Origin: Gammaproteobacteria bacterium
GTDB lineage: Bacteria > Pseudomonadota > Gammaproteobacteria > Burkholderiales > Nitrosomonadaceae
Direction of reading: 5' to 3'
NCBI GenBank assembly: GCA_015709635.1
Contig: CP054180.1
Span: 2,177,431 to 2,241,430 of the forward strand
Length of the DNA stretch: 64,000 nucleotides
Numbering within the stretch: position 1 is the first letter of the stretch; each line of letters starts with the position of its first letter. The notes beneath the pieces were generated by a model, which made no database searches, was not told the origin of the DNA, and worked only from the letters and a program-made list of their open reading frames with translations. Made by a program: the position numbers and the translations under genes. Positions 20,619 to 30,767 of the stretch are shown here, one piece after another.

Positions 20619-21419
20619 CTATTTGGCCAAAACCAGCAGTGAAAAGCCCCCCAGGACCCTAACAGCCAAATCGTTATTCACTGAGAAAAACAATTTTCGC
20701 GGTAACTTCATTAAATTTGCTTTCCATCCCCTGTTTGGCAGTTCTATGGCACTATTTGTGTAAAAATAATCCACAATGTCGTACCCTGTATCTTTCAGGG
20801 TTTCCAATGCTGTTTCTTTTGTAAAGTAATGAATATGCCCAACTGATCTTCTGAGTGTAAGAATTGGCGATGCACGAAGCACCGTTTGAATCGAGAGGTC
20901 AAGAGGGATATGAAAAATCTTATATTCTGCCTTTGTTTTGAATTTTCTTAGAAAATCAAAATAATCCTCAATATGCTCAAATACATCAATCGCCATAGCA
21001 ATATCAAAATACGTTGCATCATCCTCTAATAAATTGCCAAGCTTAAAAGTTAAATCTCTGCGGGTTCAATTCCCCGCCCCTTGGGGCGAAAGCTGGTTGA
21101 AAAACCAGCAGATTGAAGAACGCAGTTAATACCCCGCTGCTTGCGGCGGGGTGCTTTATTTGTGCTTTGATTTCTTGGCGCACAGTTCAAGTGCTTGCGG
21201 AGATATTTCATAACCGAAGAATTCTTTTTTATCGCCGTAGTGATTGGATAACTGGTTCAATACTTCCCCAGCTCCACACCCGATTTCACAGATCTTGTTT
21301 GGATGAAGAGAATTTTTCTCAATAATTTTTTTTATTTGTACTGCCTTCCATGGCGAATCTTCCTCATGCCAAGTAGGATTGTTTTCTCGATAGGTTCCAT
21401 CACTATATATTTGAGCCAC
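20619..21419 (-). pseudogene. class I SAM-dependent methyltransferase split by a ~105-bp insertion
   Basis: N-terminal part 21156..21419 (ICEIGCGAGE motif I) and C-terminal part 20619..~21057 (DLTFKLGNLLEDDATYFDIAMAIDVFEHI) are colinear halves of one enzyme. The stop codon lies in the inserted DNA. Confidence 0.75.
21058..21165 (+). other. small structured insertion element (three hairpins, tRNA/tmRNA-like T-arm)
   Basis: GCGGGTTCAATTCCCCGCC; CGCCCCTTGGGGCG; GCTGGTT-GAAA-AACCAGC; CCCCGC..GCGGGG followed by TGCTTTATTTGTGCTTT. Boundaries are good to about 10 bp. Confidence 0.5.
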
Positions 21420-21557
21420 ATCACCTCCTGTTCCGGTATAAATAGCTGTATTAGAGTTCGAAAAATTCCATCACAACAAATGAAGAGTCAGTCAGAGCAT
21501 GCAGAATTCGATGTTTTCATATCGAACCGCAGTATTAAGATGCCAATAGCAATTCCC

Positions 21558-22754
21558 TCAAGAAAATAATACATCGTATGCGGCCAGTAACTTCGGTGCC
21601 TCATATTGCCACTCCAATTCATTCTTGACACGATTGCGACCAAATTCTCCCATTTGTTCCCGCAATTCAGAGTCATCCAGCAACCGCACAATTTTCAGAG
21701 CCATATCGACCGGATCATTTTTTTTCGCGTATAACGACGCATCCTGTGCAGAAACCCGGCCTTCGGTAAGATCGAATTGCACAATGGGCTTGCCTAAGGC
21801 CATATATTCCATGATCTTGTTCATTGTGGATTTATCGTTCATTTCATTGGCCACATCCGGATTTACACATACTTCAGCAGTATTGAGCATTTCTAGTAAT
21901 TCCTGATCAGACACTCTACCGGTAAACGTAACGAAATCAGCGATATCCAGCTTAATGGTTAGTTGCTTCATTTCATCCAGCGATGTGCCGCCACCGACTA
22001 ATCCAAAATGCACATCGGAACGCCCCAAATCTTTGATCAAATAACATGCGGCTTGCAATAGCAGATCAATCCCTTCCTGTGCCCCCATCACGCCGACATA
22101 ACCGACCAAATACCGCCGTCCGTGTTTAAGTTCCCTCTTGGGCGGCAAGATACGCAAGCGATCCAGCTTAGGCCCGCTACGCACCACAAAAACTTTGGTT
22201 GGATCCATTCCGCCACGTTCAATCGCGATCTTTTTATAAGATTCATTGGTAGCGATCGAAACATCGGCGGTCTTAAATGTCCAGCGTTCGAACAACACCA
22301 GTAATTTATAAAAAAAATCACGCCGCCCGAACTTGGCTTCATAGAGCTCCGGATTGATATCATGGTGATCAAACAGAAACTTTTTGCGCATAAACAACTT
22401 AAAGAAACCGCCAATCAGAAACAATAAATCGGGCGGATTGCACGCGTGAATTACCTCGAACCCCTGAGAAAACTGCACTTTCCAGGTCAGCCGGAAAGTA
22501 TGAAATAGCGCGACGGAGTATTCAATCAAGTAACCTTTAGCACCCTCGGCTTCGAACGGCAAACAATAACGATAAATATGAATTCCGTCAATGACTTCAT
22601 ATTCCTTCTCATATCCTTTACCCGTTGGACAAATAATGGAAACGACGTAACCGTTGTCATGCAGCGTTGTCGCTTCCTGCCATACTCGGCGATCAAAAGG
22701 GGAAGGAAGATTTTCGACTAAAATTAGTACCCGGCGTGGAGTAATAGACGGCAT
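21558..22754 (-). CDS. glycosyltransferase family 4 (GT-B, WbuB-like)
   Basis: 398 aa. C-terminal GT1 core (GYVGVMGAQEGIDLL, FTGRV, VCVNPD..NDKSTMNKIMEYMALGKPIV). Confidence 0.8.
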   Translation of the reverse strand: MPSITPRRVLILVENLPSPFDRRVWQEATTLHDNGYVVSIICPTGKGYEKEYEVIDGIHIYRYCLPFEAEGAKGYLIEYSVALFHTFRLTWKVQFSQGFEVIHACNPPDLLFLIGGFFKLFMRKKFLFDHHDINPELYEAKFGRRDFFYKLLVLFERWTFKTADVSIATNESYKKIAIERGGMDPTKVFVVRSGPKLDRLRILPPKRELKHGRRYLVGYVGVMGAQEGIDLLLQAACYLIKDLGRSDVHFGLVGGGTSLDEMKQLTIKLDIADFVTFTGRVSDQELLEMLNTAEVCVNPDVANEMNDKSTMNKIMEYMALGKPIVQFDLTEGRVSAQDASLYAKKNDPVDMALKIVRLLDDSELREQMGEFGRNRVKNELEWQYEAPKLLAAYDVLFS

Positions 22755-22757
22755 TGA

Positions 22758-23471
22758 TCAGTTTCGTTGGTAAGCAATGAGAGATTTGGTCACCCCGAAT
22801 ACCCGCTCCTCCAGAATAGAAGCATCGGGAAAATAGAACTTCATATCTTTCATGATGGGTAAATACCAATCCGGAATGGTTTTCTTAATCCAGAACCGGT
22901 TGGTAAATCGGAACAGCGGTACCTGGAGTCTGCGCGGCAAGTAACTGACAAAAGGGAGCCAAGAGTGTGTCTCAAACGGAAACCAGCGATGAGGTGCTTG
23001 CACAAAATACCCTTTCCCCAGACGGCGGATCTCATTAGCGAACTCACGTTGATGCTGCTTTGCCGCATCCTGGAAACGGCGCCCCGAAACTAATGTCCAT
23101 ACTTCATCCTTCGGTACTGTGACACGCTCGATAACCGAAGAACAAAATACAATATCAAAGAATTTATCCGGAAAAGGTATTTGACCGATTTCCGGTATGA
23201 CAACCGGAACAAATCCAAAATGCTCTGCCGCTTCATTGACAGCTCGTTCGTCAATGTCAGCCACATAGACATTTGAGGGCAACACCGGAGAATCTTCCAG
23301 TATCGCGTGAATGTGACTACCGTTCCAGCCACCCAAATCCAGTATTCGTGTTTCCGGAGAAAGCTTGAAATTGTCCAGAAACATTTTCGCTCGACGTTGA
23401 CGAGAGCGAATACGAAACCGCGCAAGCATATTTTCGGGTTCTTCATTAATATATGATGGCTTATGCTTCAT
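22758..23471 (-). CDS. class I SAM-dependent methyltransferase
   Basis: ILDLGGWNGS motif I and FDIVFCSSVIE. Start at the ATG with an AGGAG RBS; the ORF extends to a TTG at 23537. Confidence 0.7.
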   Translation of the reverse strand: MKHKPSYINEEPENMLARFRIRSRQRRAKMFLDNFKLSPETRILDLGGWNGSHIHAILEDSPVLPSNVYVADIDERAVNEAAEHFGFVPVVIPEIGQIPFPDKFFDIVFCSSVIERVTVPKDEVWTLVSGRRFQDAAKQHQREFANEIRRLGKGYFVQAPHRWFPFETHSWLPFVSYLPRRLQVPLFRFTNRFWIKKTIPDWYLPIMKDMKFYFPDASILEERVFGVTKSLIAYQRN

Positions 23472-23981
23472 TATTTCTATCTCCTGAATTACCTGAGAGA
23501 TTTCTTGACAATCCACAAAAGGAAAGTTCTCGATCAAGATTGGGTACAGTACCCAGTATCATAAAATCAGCACCGCCCCAGAAAGTGGACTTGGCTACAG
23601 CCCATGACGAACCGGGGGATTGTAGCATCAATGATGCCGCACTTGCGGCAATTAACGTTACAGTAGTGATTCAATATGGTATTTATCATCTTACTGAATA
23701 CTTTAATCGATTCTTTTTGCAGTCCTTATTTTATTGAATTCAGCTTGCACACCAAGCTCGCTCCAAAAGTATCCACGTTGCTTCAGATTTCATTAAGGAA
23801 GTCCCTGCCACTTAATTTCCTAAGCCGCATTAACGAGACAGCTGAAATTCCGCTGCGATTGAATATCCTATTCTCTACTCGACGCTCGCCAAAGCGCGTA
23901 TCGAATTTCACAGAAACTCTAAGTCTATAACTGCAAATCAAAAAATACCGTATTAGGATCAGTAAAATCGACGTTTCTCGA

Positions 23982-25292
23982 TTACCAGCAAATTCCATCA
24001 TAGCCCTCTCCACTTGAATGAGGTACGATCCGGACCAAATCCACCACCACTTGCCCGGGCTTTATTTCAGCCGGTACACTGCGGAACTCCGCTGCACCGT
24101 TGCCAATAACGATGGTTTGCGCAAAATTAAGCACTTCATCCAGCGAGGAAGCCATTAATTTAGAGATATGCGGAATGTGATTCAAAATATAATCCTGATT
24201 CGCGCCGGTCAGAGCCGCCAAGTTCACATTTTTATCGTATAGCTTGAGCTCATACCCCTTGCCAATCAAGTATTCGATGACTTGAACAAGGGGCGATTCA
24301 CGCAAATCGTCAGTGCCCGCTTTGAAAGAAAATCCCAGAATACCGATTTTTCTGTGCCCTTTTTCGACGATCATTTTGATGCCTTTTTCAATCTGCCGCT
24401 GGTTTGACGGCAGAATGGCGTTGATAAGCGGTAAGTCCATATCCAGGCTCTTGCCTTTATACATCAAAGCACGCACGTCCTTCGGCAGGCACGAACCGCC
24501 GAAAGCGAACCCCGGTTTCATGTAGTATGGAGACAGATTCAGTTTTGTATCCTGACAAAAAATCTCCATCACCCTGTGGCCATCAATACCCTCTGCCTTG
24601 CAGAGATTGCCGATTTCATTGGCAAATGCCACTTTAACGGCGTGCCACGTATTATCCGCATATTTAACCATTTCTGCTGTTTCGACTGCGGTTCGAATAA
24701 GCGGTGCGGTCATTTTTTCGTAAAGCTGCATCAATAACTCACCGGCTTTTGTGTCACTCTCGCCGATCACAGTTTTGGGCGGATTGTAATAATCGAATAC
24801 GGCCGTTCCTTCACGCAGGAATTCCGGATTATTGCATACACCGAAATCGACTCCTGCTTTTTTTCCAGAGTAAGATTCCAACGCCGGGATCACAATCGTA
24901 CGCATGGAACCCGGCAGCATCGTACTACGTGCGACGACGACATGAAAAGCACTTTTTTCTTTAAGCGCCGCACCGATTTGTTCACACACCTTGCGAACAT
25001 GACTCAAATCCAGATTACCGTTCAGTTGTGAAGGCGTTCCCACGCATACCAGGGAAATATCTGAATTCATCACTGCATCACGCACATCCAAGGTTGCTCG
25101 CAGTACATTATTTTTAACCGCTGCAGCGACCATTTCCCCGATATCTTTCTCGACAATCGGTGAAACACCTTGATTGATCAAATCAACTTTTGTTTTATTA
25201 GGATCGACCCCGATCACGGAATGTCCGTCAGTAGCTAAACATCCAGCAGAAACAGTACCCACATATCCCAAACCAAATATACTTATCTTCAT
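23982..25292 (-). CDS. nucleotide-sugar 6-dehydrogenase, GDP-mannose dehydrogenase (AlgD)-like
   Basis: MKISIFGLGYVGTVSAGCLA..VIGVD..KVDLINQGVSPIVE closely resembles the AlgD N-terminus. Catalytic region GFAFGGSCLPKD. Confidence 0.85.
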   Translation of the reverse strand: MKISIFGLGYVGTVSAGCLATDGHSVIGVDPNKTKVDLINQGVSPIVEKDIGEMVAAAVKNNVLRATLDVRDAVMNSDISLVCVGTPSQLNGNLDLSHVRKVCEQIGAALKEKSAFHVVVARSTMLPGSMRTIVIPALESYSGKKAGVDFGVCNNPEFLREGTAVFDYYNPPKTVIGESDTKAGELLMQLYEKMTAPLIRTAVETAEMVKYADNTWHAVKVAFANEIGNLCKAEGIDGHRVMEIFCQDTKLNLSPYYMKPGFAFGGSCLPKDVRALMYKGKSLDMDLPLINAILPSNQRQIEKGIKMIVEKGHRKIGILGFSFKAGTDDLRESPLVQVIEYLIGKGYELKLYDKNVNLAALTGANQDYILNHIPHISKLMASSLDEVLNFAQTIVIGNGAAEFRSVPAEIKPGQVVVDLVRIVPHSSGEGYDGICW

Positions 25293-25355
25293 GTGACTCC
25301 TTTAACTCATTGATCAGAATATATTTTCTCAATTCATTAGAATAATTCAGACATT

Positions 25356-27344
25356 TTAATCTATTGTAATCCGTAAAATCGTCACCCTTTTCGCCGCACC
25401 AGTGATTTTCTCCCGCCACATAATCGTCGACGTCGGCATTTTTTCATCAAAGCGGCGAGATACCCAACCGGACGGCGGCTCATCTCTGCCATGCATCAAT
25501 TCCGGTTTGCAAGCACTATCCGGCATCGTCATTTGCATGTTGACATTGGCCACTGCCGCTTGTACTTGGCACGATTCAATCCGCACTTCGCACATTTCGG
25601 CAAAATGCCAGTTAAGTTCAATCGTGTGTTCTTGAGTGCATTCAAAAGCATCTTCCACCCGGATGATCCCCTCATTCTTCAGGAATTCTATCGTTCTGCG
25701 ATGAATGACCGGATCGGGCAGACGCGTATAACCGTCATGACTCCCGATCAGACAATCTCTCTCCTGATCGCTTTCCCAGCGCTCACAGCGTACATTCGCC
25801 TGGCGCAACCACATAAAATTGCCACCCGGCTCGGATTGATCGACCCCATCAACGCGCACGGTATTGTGCGCCGAGGTACCGCGAAAATAATCACGCCACT
25901 TTTTCTGCGTATGAAATGCATAAGTGCCGGGATCAATCAACAGTGCGTGACCTGCCACCGACAAAGTAAACGACAATGCATCGGCATGGCCGTGCGCGGC
26001 GATAGAAAGATAACCGAGTGGCCCGGCATCAGCGACGATGCGAATTTCATCGGTGGTGTCGAGTTTATTGCCGAGAATAAAATAGCCGCCCTCGGGAAAT
26101 TCCCGTTGCACTGCTGATCGATTTTCACTTGGCACCAATGCATCGAATGTGTATTTGGCGTCATCGCCCAGCAGCCAGCAACTTTTATCGTCGAAATATT
26201 TTGCCTTAGCTTTGAAATCAGTCCGCTTAAACAATACCGCACCCGTTGCCAGCAGCGAACGATAAACATGCCAATCGCTTTCTTTACTCCAATGCACCAT
26301 TAACGCACCATCGGCATCGCCGATCATGGGAACAGCACCGGAAATATCCATCAGCGATGCGATAAATTCCAGCATTCGTTCCAGCCGGCCAATAAAGTCT
26401 TGAGAAAACTGAATGCCATTCGAGCGACCAACCAACCAGCAAATCAGCATCATGTCGACTACTTCATGCTGATAATAAACCGCTTGCTCACGATTGACAC
26501 CGTCAGGTGCATTCTGTTTAAGCGCTTCAATTTCAAGTTCAGCGTAAGCCTGCTGCTGCCAACGACCACTTTCTGACCAGCAAGGCCAGGTAATTGCCGC
26601 GACAAATAACCCCATCAACTCACCGAAGAGATGATTATTAGCCGACGAGTGCCGTGACAGATAGCTGGCGATAAAATGACTGTGCTGATAGATACTGTCC
26701 AGCCAACGGCGCTTAAAACGTTGCCCGCTGTCGGAATTAAATAAAGAACTGGTTTTGCCACCCAGCAAATGCCACGTAAACGACCAATTGACAAGCCGTA
26801 TGGCTAATTCAAGCGAGCTGGTCCAATTCACCCCGAACGGGTACGGGCATTGTTCAAACCATGAATCAAGCAACAACTGCACACCTTGCGCGTAACGCAT
26901 GTCGCCGCTCAAATGATAAGCTTGCGCGAGTGTCGTCAGATGAAGGTGGCGATTAGGTTCCCAGAGATACTTGATATCACCGACCAAGCATTCATCGCGA
27001 TAATCCAGCGTTTTACCCAATACCAGTGGCGCTTCGATACCTGTCTTGGGATCGCGGCTCCACTGTGGCGGAAAACCTAACTGGACGTTACACAGAGCAA
27101 AAACATCGTAATATCCGGCTAGCACCCGATCCGCCGCGGCACGATAGAGCGCGGAATCCATACTGCGCGGCAGCGGATTCAGCCAGGCCTTACCGAAGCG
27201 CGAACAATCCGGCGAAGGGGGTCGCCGCATCCACTTGACGGTCAGCAATTCCGCTTTGGTCTGAACAGCTTGGCGAATACGATAACCAATTTCAGGTAAT
27301 CCCATTGTCCGCAATCGGTTAAATTTCCAAGCAAGGTTATTCAT
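25356..27344 (-). CDS. heparinase II/III-family protein
   Basis: 662 aa. N-terminal alpha/alpha toroid-like region and C-terminal HGHADALSF..LIDPGTY..HNTV motifs typical of the family. Confidence 0.7.
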   Translation of the reverse strand: MNNLAWKFNRLRTMGLPEIGYRIRQAVQTKAELLTVKWMRRPPSPDCSRFGKAWLNPLPRSMDSALYRAAADRVLAGYYDVFALCNVQLGFPPQWSRDPKTGIEAPLVLGKTLDYRDECLVGDIKYLWEPNRHLHLTTLAQAYHLSGDMRYAQGVQLLLDSWFEQCPYPFGVNWTSSLELAIRLVNWSFTWHLLGGKTSSLFNSDSGQRFKRRWLDSIYQHSHFIASYLSRHSSANNHLFGELMGLFVAAITWPCWSESGRWQQQAYAELEIEALKQNAPDGVNREQAVYYQHEVVDMMLICWLVGRSNGIQFSQDFIGRLERMLEFIASLMDISGAVPMIGDADGALMVHWSKESDWHVYRSLLATGAVLFKRTDFKAKAKYFDDKSCWLLGDDAKYTFDALVPSENRSAVQREFPEGGYFILGNKLDTTDEIRIVADAGPLGYLSIAAHGHADALSFTLSVAGHALLIDPGTYAFHTQKKWRDYFRGTSAHNTVRVDGVDQSEPGGNFMWLRQANVRCERWESDQERDCLIGSHDGYTRLPDPVIHRRTIEFLKNEGIIRVEDAFECTQEHTIELNWHFAEMCEVRIESCQVQAAVANVNMQMTMPDSACKPELMHGRDEPPSGWVSRRFDEKMPTSTIMWREKITGAAKRVTILRITID

Positions 27345-27514
27345 GGTTAATAAAATCAGCTACCTTAGCTGCTGCACGGCTGGCATTGAATAAGATAATA
27401 AAAAATGATTACAAAACATGTAAAGAATCAAAATATTTGCAGAGAAATTGCAGAAATTTTTCTCTTACAAAGCATTACAGCCACTAATTCGTAACCAGCA
27501 GCAAATGCTCAATA

Positions 27515-29386
27515 TTATTTCAGATACTGACGATGCCAGATTTCCAGATTAAGCATGCTCCACAGCAGCTTTTCGTGATTTTGACGACCGGTCACATGGT
27601 CAGTCAGAATTTTCTCGAGCGCCGCAGGCTGGTAATATTCTTTGGTCAATGATGTGGAACTCTTCAAATGCTCATAAAGATATTCCCGCATGGAGCCTTG
27701 GAACCATTCGTTAACCGGTACACGGAAACCTACTTTGGGGCGCTCTAAAATGGTAGGTGGCAGCAATCGCTTCATCGCCTCGCGCAATATCCATTTGGTC
27801 GTATGCCCGCGCACCCGGTATTTATCCGGCAAACTTGACACAAATGCAGCCAGCTCATGGTCCATAAAAGGCATACGCGCCTCCAAAGAGGCCGCCATCG
27901 TCATCCTGTCTCCGCGTTCAAGTAAGTTATCCGGCAGCCAACTCGTCTGGTCGAAATACAAAATACGGCGCAACGCGCTGTTTGCAGAAGGTGAATCAAA
28001 TTGCACTCCACTTGCACGATCTGCAGGTTGGGACAAGGCAATCAAATGCGTGCGCTCAGTGTCAGACAAAGCACCAAACCAGCGCGGCATCCGCTCTTCA
28101 AACCGCTCCAATCCCAAGTTAACGATTGCCGTTTTGGCTCGCCGGAAGCGGTAAGGCAGCGCCTGCACCAAAGGTTCCAATAATCCATGACGCATAAAAC
28201 CCGGTATCGTCTGATACCATCCGGCATAGCGTTCATATACATGCTTTGGATATCCACCCAGGAATTCATCCGACCCTTCACCAGTCAGCACCATTTTAAC
28301 CGTTTTCCTTGCTTCTTTCGCCAGCAGATAAACCGGAATATCCGATGGCTCGGCCACTGGAGCATCACGGAAACGCACCAAGTCCGGCAAATGTTGCATG
28401 AGATGTTCCTGCGAAACCACCAACTCATGATGATCGGTCTTAAACTGCTGCGCGATAGTCTTAGCATAGCCCAGCTCGCTGTAACTGGCTTCGGAGAATC
28501 CCACGGAAAAAGTTTTGACCGGTTGCACGGAATGGTGGGACATAAGGCCAACTACCGCCGATGAATCTATACCTCCGGATAAAAATGCTCCAAACGGAAC
28601 ATCCGCGATCATGCGAATATTCACGGCTTGGTCGAGTACCTCAAGAAAAGCACCTACGGGGTCTGCCGGGATTGAGGTATCGACAAAAACTTCTCGATCA
28701 GGAGGGTGGTAATAATTTTTCTCGGTCAATACCCCTTTTTCCCAAATCGCATAACGACCCGGCATAAGCTTACGGATACCGCGAAATAACGTTGCCGGAG
28801 CGGGAACATAGCGGTAAGCAAAATAATCCCATACGGCCGCTGTATCTACCTCGGCTTTGATTCCGGGAAAAGTCAAAATAGCCTTGATCTCGGAAGCGAA
28901 CAACAGAATACCGTGAGTTTCGCACAAAAATAGCGGTTTCTTACCGAAGCGGTCGCGTGCCAAAAATAGACGTTCTTTGGGACTATCCCAAACGGCAAAA
29001 GCAAACATGCCGCGAAAATATTCTACACAGCGTTCCCCCCATTGTTCATACGCATGAACAATGGTTTCAGTGTCGGAATTGGTTGCGAAATGATGACCCA
29101 GCGCAATTAATTCATCGCGCAGCGAATGGAAGTTATAAATCTCACCATTAAATATCACTTGAATCGAACCATCTTCATTTCCCATGGGTTGATGGCCGGT
29201 AGAAAGGTCAATAATCGAAAGGCGGCGATGAGCCAAGCCAATCTGGTAGCGGCCATCCCGTGTAGCGGCTTCCAAAAAACCATCGTCATCGGGCCCACGA
29301 TGGGTAATGGCCGCAGACATACTGCGTAGAATATCGATTGAATCGCTATTTTTGAAAGGCCCGATAAAGCCGGCAATACCGCACAT
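27515..29386 (-). CDS. asparagine synthase (glutamine-hydrolysing) family amidotransferase
   Basis: MCGIAGF Ntn nucleophile, SGGIDSS PP-loop, 623 aa. Its location in an EPS locus suggests a sugar amidotransferase role. Confidence 0.85.
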   Translation of the reverse strand: MCGIAGFIGPFKNSDSIDILRSMSAAITHRGPDDDGFLEAATRDGRYQIGLAHRRLSIIDLSTGHQPMGNEDGSIQVIFNGEIYNFHSLRDELIALGHHFATNSDTETIVHAYEQWGERCVEYFRGMFAFAVWDSPKERLFLARDRFGKKPLFLCETHGILLFASEIKAILTFPGIKAEVDTAAVWDYFAYRYVPAPATLFRGIRKLMPGRYAIWEKGVLTEKNYYHPPDREVFVDTSIPADPVGAFLEVLDQAVNIRMIADVPFGAFLSGGIDSSAVVGLMSHHSVQPVKTFSVGFSEASYSELGYAKTIAQQFKTDHHELVVSQEHLMQHLPDLVRFRDAPVAEPSDIPVYLLAKEARKTVKMVLTGEGSDEFLGGYPKHVYERYAGWYQTIPGFMRHGLLEPLVQALPYRFRRAKTAIVNLGLERFEERMPRWFGALSDTERTHLIALSQPADRASGVQFDSPSANSALRRILYFDQTSWLPDNLLERGDRMTMAASLEARMPFMDHELAAFVSSLPDKYRVRGHTTKWILREAMKRLLPPTILERPKVGFRVPVNEWFQGSMREYLYEHLKSSTSLTKEYYQPAALEKILTDHVTGRQNHEKLLWSMLNLEIWHRQYLK

Positions 29387-29422
29387 GAGAGTACCTTTGC
29401 GTATTAATGCGAGAAGCTAACT

Positions 29423-30559
29423 TTAGCTCATGAGGTTATGATATACCCGGTGAAAATCCTTGGCCAGCCTGGTAACCGTATAATAATCCACTACTCGTTG
29501 CCTACCCGCTTCACCCATGCGGCAAATTAATTCCCTGTTGTTGTCCAACTGTTCAATAGTATCAGCCAGTACCTGCGGATTTCGAGATGGAACAAAGATA
29601 CCATGCACACCATCTTTTATTACATCGGGTATAGCGCCAACCGGGCTGATAACAGGTGGAGTACGAGCCGCCATACTTTCCAACAAAGTATAAGGTAAGC
29701 CTTCCGGATGATACGTCGGAAATACGAACAGATCAGCCTGCTCCCATACCTGTTTCTTTTCTTCACCAAAAACTGCACCGACAAAGCTGACATTATCCAC
29801 AAGACCAAAATCCTGCACATATGCATGCAGATTAGCCTCCTCTGGACCCGATCCGGCAATCACAAGCTGAATATTCTTGCCATGATCACATAAGATTTTT
29901 GATGCCCCTATTATTTCAAAAATGCCTTTACTTCTAACAAGCCGACCTACATAAGCCAACTTTAATGGTCTATCTTGAGTTGGTATTACACATTTCCATT
30001 CTGCATCTTCGCTTACATCGATTGCATTCGGGATTACCTCTAAATGCAAATTAGGTGCAAATTCGCGATATGCCGATAGCTCTTCTTGTGAGAGTAACAC
30101 TACAATGTCAGCAGAACGCAATATAAATCGAAGAAATTTGGTTAAAAATTTGCTATTGCTAAAGAATTTTTGTGGTAATTCCCCACCATGTACCTGATAT
30201 ACAATTTTTTTACCCATAATCCGCGCAATAAACAGATAAGCAGCATCACGCCAATAGCTTTTAGATTCAAGCGAAGTGTTCAAATGAACAATTTGCGGTC
30301 TATTCAGAATTAACCACCAGAAGAAGTGAATTGGACTAAATATGAAACGTAATAGCTTAGATATTCCAGATTCATTTCGCCCTTCACTCCCGACCTGAAA
30401 ATGCAATAGATTAAACTTTTTAGCCAAAGATGAATAAAAGAGCTGATTCAAATGAGTACTGACACCACTCACTGTAGTTAACGAAGGTCCAAGTAGTGCG
30501 ATAGTAATCACTGCTAAGTATATGAGTTCAGTAAAAATGAAATATATCGATACAACCAA
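29423..30559 (-). CDS. glycosyltransferase family 4
   Basis: GRLVRSKGI, FVFPTYHPEGLPYTLLESMAARTPPV (EX7E-like). The ORF opens with TTG directly after a stop, so the N-terminus is uncertain. Confidence 0.75.
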   Translation of the reverse strand: MVVSIYFIFTELIYLAVITIALLGPSLTTVSGVSTHLNQLFYSSLAKKFNLLHFQVGSEGRNESGISKLLRFIFSPIHFFWWLILNRPQIVHLNTSLESKSYWRDAAYLFIARIMGKKIVYQVHGGELPQKFFSNSKFLTKFLRFILRSADIVVLLSQEELSAYREFAPNLHLEVIPNAIDVSEDAEWKCVIPTQDRPLKLAYVGRLVRSKGIFEIIGASKILCDHGKNIQLVIAGSGPEEANLHAYVQDFGLVDNVSFVGAVFGEEKKQVWEQADLFVFPTYHPEGLPYTLLESMAARTPPVISPVGAIPDVIKDGVHGIFVPSRNPQVLADTIEQLDNNRELICRMGEAGRQRVVDYYTVTRLAKDFHRVYHNLMS

Positions 30560-30767
30560 GTAGCGTCAAGCATCTCGGACTTGTACAAGATTATCGATAA
30601 GAACTTTCCAATAAGTTTTCATAATCGGCAAGAGGAGCTGCTGAGAAATAGCGATTTCTTTAAAAACAACATATTGTTTCAAATAAATCTTTCTTCGTCA
30701 CAATGCATATATGGATTATCACCCTCATAAATTTCGATTGGGATTTATACTACCCATCCAGCAATTA

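Noticed and set aside
21061-21083. tRNA gene suggested by GGTTCAATTCC
   Set aside because: There is no complementary acceptor 5' strand, D-arm or anticodon arm in the preceding 80 nt. Only a T-arm-like fragment is present, and it is reported as part of the insertion element.
23538-23981. 440-bp gap between a methyltransferase gene and the dehydrogenase gene, containing small ORFs (23453..23737, 23676..23930, 23783..24013)
   Set aside because: The ORFs are short, overlap on both strands and lack motifs. The gap could be a decayed gene, but I cannot support a call.
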